NCBI GenBank assembly: GCA_965235115.1
Contig: OZ249436.1
Location: 43,898,001-43,962,000 of the forward strand
DNA from: Laetmonice hystrix
Lineage: Eukaryota
Reading direction: 5' to 3'
Length of the DNA stretch: 64,000 bases
Positions 1 to 14,690 of the stretch are shown here, in pieces. Numbering within the stretch: position 1 is the stretch's first letter; each line of letters opens with the position of its first letter. A model generated the notes under the pieces. That model searched no databases, had not been told where the DNA came from, and saw only the letters and a program-made list of their open reading frames with translations. The position numbers and the translations under genes are program-made.

Positions 1-132
1 GGGTTGCTTGGAGTAAGGTACGCTGTACACTTGTAACTTTTTCTGCTAACTACGAGTTACAAAGAATTCTGAATGTTAGTGGGCTGGACGGACTTCACTT
101 GTAAAGTTATCTCGGGAACCCTGCCATTAGAG

Positions 133-255
133 TTAGGACAGGGGAAATCCCTGACATTTCCTCAATATAGGGTTAGGAGAGGGAGAATCCCTGACATTTC
201 GACAATATACATTTAGGACAGGGGAAATCCCTGTCATTTCGTCAATATACATTTG
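133..255. repeat. 40-bp tandem repeat, about 3 copies
   Basis: Unit TTAGGACAGGGGAAATCCCTGACATTTC... recurs at 133, 173 and about 212. Confidence 0.85.
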
Positions 256-1149
256 TACGGTGGATAAGGAGGTCAATGAATGCCCATGAGGCCACCGTCG
301 TCAGGAGTAGGATAAGGTCGAGGTGTCGACTGTATATAGTGTAATATATTGTATACAAGAAGTTGTGTTTGTAAGAAATGTACTTGATCCAAGGTTGGTT
401 TGTAACACGGTGACTATTGATGGGTTATTGCAGACATGATCAATTGTGATAGCAATTAAAGTGGCGACAGTGTTATTGCTGCTACCGACTATACATTATG
501 ATAATAAGATATTTTGTTTTAATGACTCGGTTTGAATTAAACGTTAATACTTGAAGATAGCAATAATCGTGAGTCATTTAGGTGCGACCGGATCGGTCAT
601 GGGTCATGAGGTCAGTCAGTCGACGCAGCTGTCGAGGTGATAGCGTTTCACATCTTTCGTGACAAGACGTCAAGTTTAGTTTGTAAGTTGTAGACGGAGT
701 GACTGTCGAAAGTAACGGTAGCCTGTGACTGGTTTACAAATTAGGTTAATTTGTCAGCGACAGATCGAAATGTCAATATAGAAGGGGAGGCCGTTAGAAG
801 AGCTATAAATAGCACTGGGGAAGACGATCATAGCGTTTTGTATATAGCGCAGTACTTTTTCTTGGGACACACTACAAATAACACTTACATACTTTTTGTG
901 GTTCATGTTTAGGTTTACTCTCACGCAGTCTTTTGGTTAGTTTTTTTAGTAGAAATAAAGGTGTGCAGAAAGACTCTCAGTTTAAATAAAACACGAATTG
1001 TCAGCTTATTATTCGTCTACCTTAATCTTGGCTTATTACGCTTAATAGACGTTTGTAGAAAGGGAAGAATTTTCAAATCATTTTTGAAAGAAAAATAATA
1101 GAAATTAAAGGAAAATTTCAATGGTACTTTTTTTTTTTTTTTACAAATT

Positions 1150-1777
1150 CTACTAATTGTAACGTTACAAGGGGCGGTCAGATAGCGGCTGCCTACTAAT
1201 TGTAATGTTACAAGGGGCGGTCAGATAGCGGCTGCCTACTAATTGTAATGTTACAAGGGGCGGTCAGATAGCGGCTGCCTACTAATTGTAACGTTACAAG
1301 GCGCTGTCAGATAGCGGCTGCCTACTAATTGTAACGTTACAAGGGGCCATCAGATAGCGGCTGCCTACTAATTGTAACGTTACAAGGGGCCGTCAGATAG
1401 CGGCTGCCTACTAATTGTAACGTTACAAGGAGCCGTCAGATAGCGGCTGCCTACTAATTGTAACGTTACAAGGGCCGTCAGATAGCGGCTGCCTACTAAT
1501 TGAAACGTTACAAGGGGCGATCAGATAGCGGCTGCCTACTAATTGTAACGTTACAAGGGGCCGTCAGATAGCGGCTGCCTACTAATTGTAACGTTACAAG
1601 GGGCTGTCAGATAGCGGCTGCCTACTAATTGTAACGTTACAAGGGGCCGTCAGATAGCGGCTGCCTACTAATTGTAACGTTACAAGGGGCGGTCAGATAG
1701 CGGCTGCCTACTAATTGTAACGTTACAAGGGGCGGTCAGATAGCGGCTGCCTACTAATTGTAACGTTACAAGGGGCC
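1150..1777. repeat. 43-bp minisatellite, about 14.5 copies
   Basis: Unit CTACTAATTGTAACGTTACAAGGGGCCGTCAGATAGCGGCTGC with an internal 14-bp palindrome TTGTAACGTTACAA; preceded by a T run at about 1128-1142. Confidence 0.97.
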
Positions 1778-2456
1778 TTTTTGGACCCCATGCCTTTTGA
1801 TGTGCCTGGCTATTGCGATGTTTAGGTGTCATTATTTGAAAAATAAACGTATAACATACAAGGTGCTATATACGGTACCTGGAAAGCAGCGAGGTGTTTT
1901 CGTGTATTTTATATCAATTGTATTTGAGCACATTTTGTCCTTAAAATTTAAGAGTTGCGGCTTTGTAAGCTATATTTCGCCCGTGTTAACAGTTAGCGAG
2001 GCATGGTACACAACGTATAACGATATGTAAATATCTATAAGGAATTTTAATAAACCGTACGATGTAAAGTTATGTTGTACACGCTTATCACGATTCTTCA
2101 CATATGCCTATATTTATGTCCAAGTCAAAAACGGCCACCACTTGGAATTGACCTTAGATAATGTTTAATAAAAAAATAAAAGAAACTTGAACACGTCTTT
2201 TGTCTGTGCCTTTCCCATCATTGATTACTGTAATTATTGTGAACCCTTTAATTTATATCTCATTTTGGTTGTGCTTCTTGCCTTCTGAAACTACGGGACA
2301 CAAACTTCATGGTTGTGTGCAGATTGGTACAAAACGGCCATTTCGTGAACACTCTTGTCACTTGTCTTGATGGCATTTTCTCATTAAAACCCTATGCAAA
2401 ATGGTCGGATGGGGAAAGTGATGTGAGTGGAAGTCCCAGTCCAGTTACTAAACATT

Positions 2457-2624
2457 CAGTGGCGGATTTAGGGGGAGGGGGTACAGCCCCCCACCCCCTA
2501 CCGAAATTAGTCAAAAGCAGGGTCTCGCCATACTGAAAGTTGAGTTGAGCTGAGCCTTGCCCATCCAGCCACACAGCTGTTCCCCCTCCCCGCCCCCCGA
2601 AAAGAATTCCTAGATCTGCCACTG
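2457..2624. mobile_element. MITE with CAGTGGCGGAT-type terminal inverted repeats
   Basis: CAGTGGCGGATTTAGG ... CCTAGATCTGCCACTG; same terminus type as 56016-56268. No clean TSD. Confidence 0.7.
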
Positions 2625-2645
2625 ACATATTAGAATATCTCCAAA

Positions 2646-2722
2646 GATTATGTTTTGGTGGTGATGCAGGATTATGTTTTGGTGGTGATGCAGGATTATG
2701 TTTTGGTGGGGATGCAGGATTA
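2646..2722. repeat. 24-bp tandem repeat x3
   Basis: GATTATGTTTTGGTGGTGATGCAG repeated. Confidence 0.9.
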
Positions 2723-3587
2723 CTCTACACCTATCCTAATACCCGTACACACATCTCCTGGGACGGAACGGAATGGTTCCTGACTGGGGCTCCATACGGT
2801 ATTTTACGGAAACACTCGCGTTAAGAAAATTCTGGCTACGTGTAAGTTTTTATACAGAACGACGGCTCCATCTCCAGTATGTACGGACTTGAAGCTTAAC
2901 TCTTTCCAGTCGTATATCCCGTGTCACAGACGTGATTTTAAAAAACCGTCACTCTGGGCGTGTCCCGTATGGGATACGGGATGATTTTTTTTGAATGGTC
3001 AAAGGTCAATGGTCAAATTGTCAGGAGTCAGAGACCTTCCAAAAAAATTAATGATTTATTTTGAAAGTCTGACATGTTTCCAATCATATCAAACGTCAAT
3101 AATTCAACAAAACTTGAGTAAAAACAATTATTTTAAGGGGTTTCTAGCAGTCTGGTACCATGGCGCGTCCATATCGACAATATTTGTAGGCCCAATTAAT
3201 TAATTAAGCGTTTACCTATTTGGCTAGAGACGAGAGCACGCGAATCAAATCATGCCCTTATTTGGATTGGGGGGGGGGCGAGCAGTGCAAGGCAGCGCAT
3301 GCGTGCTGTGCCCGTTGCTTAGTAACAACCGCCAGGACCGTTAGGAAGGGAATGCGGCAGTTCTCAGTCCATTGAGATGAAAAATATGGGATGTATCGCC
3401 TCATTATGGCTCATAATGAACAAAAGACCTAGCATAACAATGTTAGGATTACGACAGAATGTTTTATCAGTCCAGTGGGATAGATTCAAGATCAGGTAAG
3501 CTTGAAATACGCGGATTCGTAGGAGATGGGGACACCGCTCTGACAAAACTTGGCGGCTCTAGGGTGATCGATTACCTTTAACCAGAT

Positions 3588-4790
3588 ACCGTGTGATAGC
3601 GTGTCACTGCGCCGGTCGAGCTGGGGTCTGGGTTACAAAAAATGGAAATCCTACTACCCCCCCCTTGCCCCCCCCCCTGCAGGCTACGGCCCTGATATTA
3701 TGAATGTATCTGGGCCATATGTGATAGTTCGATACCAGGAAATTGTACATTTGTGTTCTCAGAATGTAGGGAAATGAACTTTTCTTTCTGTGTGGGGGAG
3801 TATGTACCCGATCCCGTAGCATAGCTTTACAGCTCCGGTGGTTGCAGGTATTTCATTGCGCCTATACTTTTCTAAAAGCTAACTACACACCTGATGGCTA
3901 AAATATACGTATAGATCGACAGGGACCGATGTTTCATGCAGGCAAAGCCGCAACACCTACGACCTAACAATAGAGCGTCTAACATAGTCTGCGACTGGCA
4001 CTCGTATTTGCATATCAAATATAGGTATCAAGACATGCACACGTGACTGCAATGTGTAGAGGGCGCTCACGTCCCAATTTTGCTGGGCGGTTTTCAAAAT
4101 ATCTGTTTATGTTCACTAAAATAAATTTTACAGACGTAAAATGTCTATCAATATTTGGGGTTAATCTTTACCTAAGACCTGTAGTACTTAAATACTTTTA
4201 ATTTTGCGGGTTTTTATCTTAGCATAACGTTGAGTGTATGTGTACCCTTTTTGTGGTGCACCCTTTTTGTGGTCCTCGACCTGGAGGGGGATATATAAAG
4301 CAATTAGCACCTCTATAGAAATGTAGGGGACTGCGAGGTGCCGGTCTCTACGTTCGGTCGTAGTCTGGAAACAGACGCTGTTGAAAACCTGACAGTACGA
4401 AGAGTTCGGCTCCGTTAGTGTGTGTCCACCTGGAGAGGTGAGGGTGTAACTCGGCGATAAGTGTGACACAACTATTCTAAAGGAATCGAGAAATAGAACC
4501 CCTACCCCGTCAGTGGCCTCAATCTGCGGTAAGGTTCTAAACACAGTATTTTGACCCAAGCTTCTGAGTCCCAATTCTCTGTGGCAGTCTAAGCATAAAT
4601 CAAGTATAACTTGAAAACTATCGTGATCTTATCGTTTGTTGTATCGTGATACGTATCGTATCGTGGCAAAAGTGTATCGTTTCAGCGCTACTAAATCCCA
4701 TGAAAGAAAGGATCTGCTAACTTTTTTTACGAATCGCCATATTTTTTAATCGATCTCTTGCAGAACGGCAGATGACAATGCCTTTAGAAG
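3588..4790. mobile_element. Interspersed composite repeat, copy 1 (MITE end plus hAT-like remnant)
   Basis: Colinear, highly similar to 26431-27780. Contains MITE end TGCAGGCTACGGCCCTG and a hAT-like end ...GTGTATCGTTTCAGCGCTA with TATCG subterminal repeats. Confidence 0.8.
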
Positions 4791-6057
4791 GTGGTCCTAT
4801 AATAGCTTGCCAGACCTCTTAAATCTGAGAACTCATGCTGAGAACCAATATTTATGAGAATTTATTATAAACTTTGTACATGTAGTACCCATTAATTAAA
4901 TGATTTAAGTGAGAGTTCATTAAATATTTCAATCGAGAACCAAGAAAATGATCTATCTTGTAATTTATAAATTATATCAACAGAGAACCCACGTAACTGA
5001 GAATTCATGAAATATTTAGAGAGACCCCATGAAATGACTTACCAGAAAATTCATGAAATATTTCAAATGGGACCGGGTCACCCATTAAATATATCAACTG
5101 AGAACCCACATATTGTAATCGAAAACTTGTGATATACCGGTACTATGTTTCAACTGAGAACCCATTAATAAATAAAGTATCTTAGAATTCATTAAATATT
5201 TCAGCTGAGACGCCAATAAATATTTTAACGGGGCCCATAAAATATTGTCACGGTTATGAAAAAGAAGGGGACAGTTTGAGCAATGACCAGACTGGTCAGA
5301 GTTTGGAAGTTGATGAGTCTCTCGAACTGTCTTGTGTTTTTGTATTTTGGTAAGACACTTTTCTCCGGTCACTCCACTGTGTTCTGTCTACGGAAATAAT
5401 GACGATAACAACAACGTTGTGTACCTACCATCACTTTTAATGTTGTGAAGTGAATTTTCTCCAATAAAAGATGAAGTGGAATTTCTTACAATCAACAATT
5501 TCTGTACAGCGTTGAAAAATAGATTTCCCATTCAGCAGGGGTAGCTGAGGAACAGAGCCTTTTTTTGTTGTTTTATGGGTACAATGCCATTGACTTTGTA
5601 CACGTGTGGGAACCAGCAAAATCCCGTCCTCCCCGACAGGGGTTGTCCACATCACCCCCTACCACTTGAAGCTAACATTTATACCCCTCCAACAGAAACA
5701 GATCTGTAGGTTTAAGTATAGGTGTCCATTCCGGCCCTGCCAGATTACCGCTTATAATAATCACTCCCCCCACCCCCACCTGGCATCACATAAGTGTATA
5801 CACATTACTTTTGAATCGGGGTTAAACCTAGTACATGTGTGTATTGTAATGCAGCATCTCTGCTACATGTTGTCATACATTATCTGATACATGGCATCCG
5901 GCATGTCAACATAAGCTGGATACAGAGCAACACAGAATTCAAACGTATGGTCGGTCGTCCCCCCCCCCCGAACAGCTCTGTAACCAGGGGTCACTGCTAC
6001 CACAGCACACCTCCCTGTTAGCATAAAGCAGCACACCTTTTTCCTCAATGCTTGGTT

Positions 6058-6970
6058 AAAGCAGCACAGTTCCCCCGACCACTGCCCAGCCCAATCAGCA
6101 CAGTTCCCGGACCACTGCCTAGCCAGAGCAGCACAGTTCCCCAACCACCGCCCAGCCAGAGCAGCACAGTTCCCCCGACCACTGCCCAGCCCAATCAGCA
6201 CAGTTCCCGGACCACTGCCCAGCCAGAGCAGCGCAGTTCCCGGACCACTGCCCAGCCACAGCAGCACAGTTCCTTGAACACTGCACAGCCAGAGCTGCAC
6301 AGTTCCCGAACCACTGCCCAGCCAGAGCAGCACAGTTCCCCGACCACTGCCCAGCCAGGGCAGCACAGTTCGCGGACCACTGCCCAGCCAGAGCAGCACA
6401 GTTCCCCGACCACTGCCCAGCCAGAGCTGCACAGTTCCCGAACCACTGCCCAGCCAGAGCAGCACAGTTCCCCGACCACTGCACAGCCCAATCAGCACAG
6501 TTCCCGGACCACTGCCCAGCCACGGCAGTACAGTTCCTCAGCCCAACCAGCATAGTCCTCCAAACACTGTCCAGCACAGTTTCCCGAACACTGCCCACCC
6601 AGCCGACTACTGCACAGCCAGAGCAGCACAGTTCCCCGACCACTGCCCAGCCAGAGCAGCACAGTTCCCAGACCACTGCCCAGCCAGAGCAGCACAGTTC
6701 CCAGATTACTGCCCAGCCAGGGCAGCACAGTTCCCAGACCACTGCCCAGCCAGAGCAGCACAGTTCCCAGACCACTGCCCAGCCAGAGCAGCACAGTTCC
6801 CCGACCACTGCCCAGCCAGAGCAGCACAGTTCCCAGATTACTGCCCAGCCAGGGCAGCACAGTTCCTCAGCCCAACCAGCATAGTCCTCCAAACGCTGTC
6901 CAGCACAGTTTCCCGAACACTGCCCACCCAGCCGACTACTGCACGGCCAGAGTTGCACAGTTCCCTGACC
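6058..6970. repeat. 33-bp GC-rich minisatellite with higher-order duplication
   Basis: Unit AGCAGCACAGTTCCCCGACCACTGCCCAGCCAG; the interrupting block at about 6530-6620 recurs at about 6860-6950. Explains the overlapping periodic ORFs on both strands. Confidence 0.95.
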
Positions 6971-7089
6971 AATTCCAGGAAGGCCAGGATCAAGGCTTCA
7001 CGAGTTCATGCTTCATATATTGCGTTCCCCTAACTTGAAACTTCTATTCATTTTACGTTTTCATGATTTATTAGAAATAATGTTGATAT

Positions 7090-7236
7090 AAACCACTGTT
7101 AGTAGCAGTCAGTGCAACAGTTGCATAAACCACTGTCAGTAGCAGTCAGTGCAACAGTTGCATAAACCACTGTTAGTAGCAGTCAGTGCAACAGTTGCAT
7201 AAACCACTGTTAGTAGCAGTCAGTGCAACAGTTGCA
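7090..7236. repeat. 37-bp tandem repeat x4
   Basis: AAACCACTGTTAGTAGCAGTCAGTGCAACAGTTGCAT repeated. Confidence 0.92.
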
Positions 7237-7552
7237 AACAGATGGAATGATGAGTTTCCGCAGCATGATGTGTTCGTTTCTATTATTATCCTCCATTTAC
7301 AAGGATAAACCACAATCACCTTTCAAACATAACGGGGTTGTTGATGTCCGTTAATCCTCTCAAATTCTCCCCGGATATACTGGCCAATATATCGTTATAA
7401 TTATAACGAACAGTTGCTAGAGAATCTGGAAAGTGATTTAACTCTGTATTATCATAGTAAATGCAATGATTATGACGGATTGTTAAAACTATCTCTACAG
7501 TTAGTTCTGTGTGTAGAGTGGTGCCACCAGATCTACTGATGATCTTCTGACA

Positions 7553-7727
7553 GAGTCCCTCTGACTGAAACCAGTCTCTCTGACTGAAACCAGTCCCTCT
7601 GACTGAAACCAGTCCCTCTGACTGAAACCAGTCTCTCTGACTGAAACCAGTCCCTCTGACTGAAACCAGTCCCTCTGACTGAAACCAGTCTCTCTGACTG
7701 AAACCAGTCCCTCTGACTGAAACCAGT
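7553..7727. repeat. 19-bp tandem repeat, about 9 copies
   Basis: CCAGTC(C/T)CTCTGACTGAAA repeated. Confidence 0.92.
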
Positions 7728-8163
7728 ACACTAAGCCAGCCAATATTTCACATGTATCACTAACAAACCCGGCCATCGGCTACATTTGAAATCCCTTTTT
7801 CCCCTCAGATTACCCTAGTATTTAAAATGTAAATCCTTATCACTTCATAACCTATCATAACTGTACCACACACTGGCGACCATAAAGTTCCCTTTCTGCA
7901 TATTTTAGGTTGAATGTTGGCTGAATAAGTTAACTGTTTGCAAAAAGTATTAATACAGTACCCCCGGTATACATGTCAACAAAAATTCAAAGTTTACATT
8001 TCCCCAACAGCCTCCAACCACTGCACAATCAATTTACTGTATACTATTTGCGTTTAAGTTCTGCGCGTCATAAATATTGATGTTTCCTTTTATGATAGAT
8101 GATGTACTGTATACTGGTCGTGGGAATCATAGTCCAGCCCCTATACCCTCACACCCATAACAC

Positions 8164-8250
8164 CAGGGCCCGGTTCCTAAAATCTGATTGGGGGCAAACC
8201 AACCAGCCTAAACTTAAGTGAGATCTTAAGATTTTAGGAACCGAGCCCAG
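8164..8250. mobile_element. Tiny MITE-like inverted repeat
   Basis: GGGCCCGGTTCCTAAAATCT ... AGATTTTAGGAACCGAGCCC. Confidence 0.6.
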
Positions 8251-8339
8251 GACACCTTCATGACCCCACCCGACCCCATGCTCCACCCAAACTACTTCAA
8301 GTTAGTATTTTATCTGGGACCATCTTCACTGCCACACCT

Positions 8340-8653
8340 CAGGCCTTGCCGTTTGACGGGCGCGATCGCGCTTGCGCCCCTAAGCGCCCGCAAAATCTGT
8401 TTTAGAAGCGCTTTTTATCGCGCACCTCAACTTCACTGACCTCAAATTCAAAAGCGCTCTCTGTCTCCTCCTTGTCCTAGACGGCTCCCAGGACCTCTTT
8501 AGCCTATGCCAAACCTTATAAACTACCCTGAGTTTACCTGGAAATACCCAAACGTGGGACAGGAACAATTTCTAGGGGAGTGATTTAGCTCCCCTCGGAT
8601 AACCAAGGGGAGTGATGGATCGCTCCCGTAAAGATTTCAAACGGCAAGCACTG
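8340..8653. mobile_element. MITE with TIRs and target-site duplication
   Basis: CAGGCCTTGCCGTTTGA ... TCAAACGGCAAGCACTG flanked by direct repeat CACACCT (8333-8339 and 8654-8660). Confidence 0.8.
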
Positions 8654-9328
8654 CACACCTCCAATCTCCTAACACCTTGAGAACCTACCAATCCGACCCA
8701 ACCATTGTATACATGTTGTACATACTGGCAGAACTACTGAAGCAGTACTTAATGCCGCTAGTTTGCCAAACCTCCCTTGCTATATGTCCACCATCACCGA
8801 GACCCTGGTTAATTAAATACCCAGTGATTAATGTAATCATCCTCAGTGACATCTTTACATCACAAAGAAAATCAAATACATACAACTTGGTTACTGACAT
8901 TCATGTGGGTGAGAACATATTTTGAAATTGATGTCTCCATATTTCTTATTTTCATTTTTACAGTTTTTGTTTTTCACATCATGTAAGAAAACATGGAGGA
9001 CAACTACACCTATTAGTAAACCTATGACTTACCCGAGGCCTGGGGTATGTATTTACACAAATCGCCCTACTACTGTATGTCATAATATTCTCTAATTTTG
9101 TTTTTGTTTTAATCATGTATTCCTGCTTCTGTCTGCGACACACTGCACTTTAAAATAATTCAAACAGTTCCCCCCAAGTACAACTGAATAAAAGCTTCCG
9201 TTTGTTTTCCCATCCTTATAAACCAAAGTCAGATCTAAGCACAAGATCCGCTCGTTTTACTAGAGTAGGGTTGAACCTTGCAGTCGATCGTCTTCATCAG
9301 GACCAGCTCTTACAGATACAACATATAA

Positions 9329-9428
9329 AAGTGATTACCCATAATGGCAGACAAAGTGATTACCCATAATGGTAGACCAAGTGATTACCCATAATGGCAG
9401 ACCAAGTGATTACCCATAATGGCAGACG
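9329..9428. repeat. 25-bp tandem repeat x4
   Basis: AAGTGATTACCCATAATGGCAGACC repeated. Confidence 0.9.
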
Positions 9429-10284
9429 ATTACCAGTTCTCGTTCTAGAAGTAGAAGTGGTGTGTTTAAATACAAGGGGTTTCTGGATGGATTAGGACCT
9501 TTAAAAAAAAATTCCACCCATCAGCATAGTTTACATTTACCGCAGACGCTGTGTTGGAACCCGTAACTGAGCATCCAGCTGGTTGAATCCGAGCACAGAA
9601 CTACGACAGAGACCTCTGCTGGGGGCAGGTGATACATGTTCCTGGGCCTCATCTGTTAATATCTGACAGCATCAAGGGACACCGATATCATTAACACAGG
9701 AATCTAGCTTTGAATTCACTCACCTTAATACCAATGGGACAGACATAATGTCAAACATTAATTCTTGCATGACTGGACGTAAAATTTCAGTCCATCATTC
9801 GTAGTATTCGTGCAATACGTGATTCTTTGACATCCCAACAAGTAGGGACAAAAATACACGTCCATTCAGAAAGATGGTTCTATGTCCGTCAAAACTATGC
9901 CATATAAATCCCTTTGGTTTAATTAATAACTTTCTTAATAAAAGTCATTTCAACTTAACCGCATTTATCACAAAAGATGGTGGCTATTAGCTATAACCTG
10001 AAGCATGAAATTTCACTGGTCAATGTAACATTTTAGTTGCTAACTCAATTACATGACCTAGAAGTCCAAGACTCTTATCTGAAGAGATCTCCATTATTAT
10101 AAATTAGAAATCTGTTCAAAATCTATGTGACGGACAATGGAAAGGCTATACAAAATCAGCAATGAATATCCCTGGGTTATGGCTACACAATCCCATCCCT
10201 ACACCAATGTTAAAACCTTTCCCGTGTATACATCTGTCTATAGGTGTCTATATGCCAGCCAACCTTTGCCTACTATTAACATTA

Positions 10285-10632
10285 GGCCACTTAAAATTAA
10301 TAAATTGTTTTACATGGCCGGCCGCCTCAATTTTTTGGCGCCGCCTCGATTTTTTTTATATTTTATATTTTTCAAAAAGTCCGTTTTTTTTCATCCCCAA
10401 AACCGTCTCCCACAGTTCTGTCAGGGTGTTACAGTTAAAGTGACCCTCAAGGTATAGAAGGGCTGTACAAAATGTTGAGATATTGAGAAATTAAAAGTAT
10501 TTTTCCAGTATTGGTGATCTCTGCTGTCCTTCTTGTCGAGGAAAAATATAAAATATAAAATATAAAATGCCCTACTCACCAACATTTCAGAAGTTGGAGT
10601 CATGTAAAACAATTTATTAATTTTAAGTGGCC
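10285..10632. mobile_element. MITE, Kolobok-like
   Basis: About 30-bp perfect TIR GGCCACTTAAAATTAATAAATTGTTTTACATG, right flank TTAA, symmetric subterminal TATATTT/AAATATA tracts. Confidence 0.8.
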
Positions 10633-11577
10633 TTAATGGCTTAAAACTGCATTTCATTCACCCACAAACCATGCCCAAATTCATTACTAGTTAGACATTC
10701 ATGAAAATGTACACACAAAATAATGTACCATACATTATTTTTTAGCATAGAATATTGTACTTCTTGCACTCATCCCTCGGTGACAGCACTATATAAAGTG
10801 GGAGAACCATTTAAAAAGGCGTTCTTTCTAACTGTTTTTTTGTTTTCGATTAAAATGTGCTTAAAACAAATACATGGCATTCTGATCGTGAAAACTCGTG
10901 GATTTGTGAATGACAACACTTCATTAATGATTCAACTTTTATCCCTGCATACCTGCCATTGGTTCTGCCTCACATGTAACTGAAAAGATAACATTTAATT
11001 CTATATACACACATTTTCAAATCGGTCATACAAATATTGTACCAGTATTTATCAATGAAGCCTACAAAGCCCATGGCCGATGGCTGTCTCGCTAGTCTCT
11101 TAATAGGCTGTCCAGCCATGCACCCACCAAATACTTGGTCCAACGCAACACGATTTGCAAGCATGAAAACAGGGGCCCAATTTTGTTCCTCTTATCACAC
11201 ATGTATGTAAACTTAAATCACTGCACAACTCATGGGTGTGCCATTTCAATGGTGCCATATCCATGTTCCATATGTGCCATGTGGGCACTGACCTGCTGTT
11301 TTCACGGTGGTTCTCTGCATGTACATACCACATGGTCGCACTCTGCCAACATGACACAGCATGATCAAATCTAAGGTGATAAATAAAGTGACATGGGTGC
11401 ATCATGCCTCGTGTTTGCACCGTGGTGCTCATGGACGAAGCTCACAGTACTTGTTACACCATTCAACCGTTTTGTCTCAGTTTTCCCATCTGTATACACA
11501 TATACACATATTGTTTTGTAAGCTCCAAGGCCAGTGTGTGTCAATCGATAACTCCCCTATCCACCAGAGGTCGCTGG

Positions 11578-14064
<2,487 letters not shown>

Positions 14065-14690
14065 ATTGGATTTCGGTGTGTAAACACAGTTAAACTGTAA
14101 AGTTTACACCCAGTCCCACGTCGAAGAACCCGTTCGCCAAGTTCCTGACAAATATGGCCGAAATGGCTCCGCAGCTGTGACGTCACCAGGGATTTTTCGC
14201 CTCTGAAAGCAACTATTCACGTTGCAAATAGCAAATATAAACCATATTCAATATACTACGCACGTGGTGTGTGTTTATCCAGTTCAAAAATCACTGTATT
14301 ACTGGAGAAAAGCAAGATAATGCATGTTTTCTCACACACTCCTTGGTATTTCAGTCCACGTACGTCGGACTTGGTGTTGTCAACACTGTGATTGGATAAA
14401 AAATATAAATATTAGAAACGTTTACAAATAAATAAATACATGTTTAGAACACGATTATATAAATAAGTTATTTTAAAAAGAATTAATCTTCACAAAAAGA
14501 TTACTAAAAGGCGTACAATTATTAAATGTTTGAAAACCAATCGCCTGTTAGTGTTTATGAAGTGCGGAGGTGCTATATTTACAATCACCAAGGTGAGGGG
14601 AGCGGAGGGGTGTGTCAGTGGGTCAGTCGCGGCACAACAACAACAGACCTTACAACTGTACATCTCTGTAAAAACTTCCAAGCAATCACC
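14065..14690. promoter_or_regulatory. Putative bidirectional promoter region between GOLPH3 and CFAP161
   Basis: Divergent start codons about 630 bp apart; CRE palindrome TGACGTCA at about 14178, E-box CACGTG at about 14261, ATTGG at about 14391. Confidence 0.55.

Noticed and set aside
1..260. Telomere-like GGGTTAGG motifs
   Set aside because: Isolated motifs within a 40-bp repeat, not a (TTAGGG)n tract.
1150..1777. CRISPR-like palindromic direct repeats
   Set aside because: Units are contiguous with no unique spacers, no cas genes, eukaryotic context. The same applies to the other arrays.
5246..5490. Possible solo LTR (TGTCAC...AATAAA...TTACA)
   Set aside because: No target-site duplication and no second copy in the window.
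5863..6958. Mucin-like or Cys/Trp-rich ORFs up to 279 aa
   Set aside because: Open in several frames on both strands because of a 33-bp repeat; no supporting gene structure.
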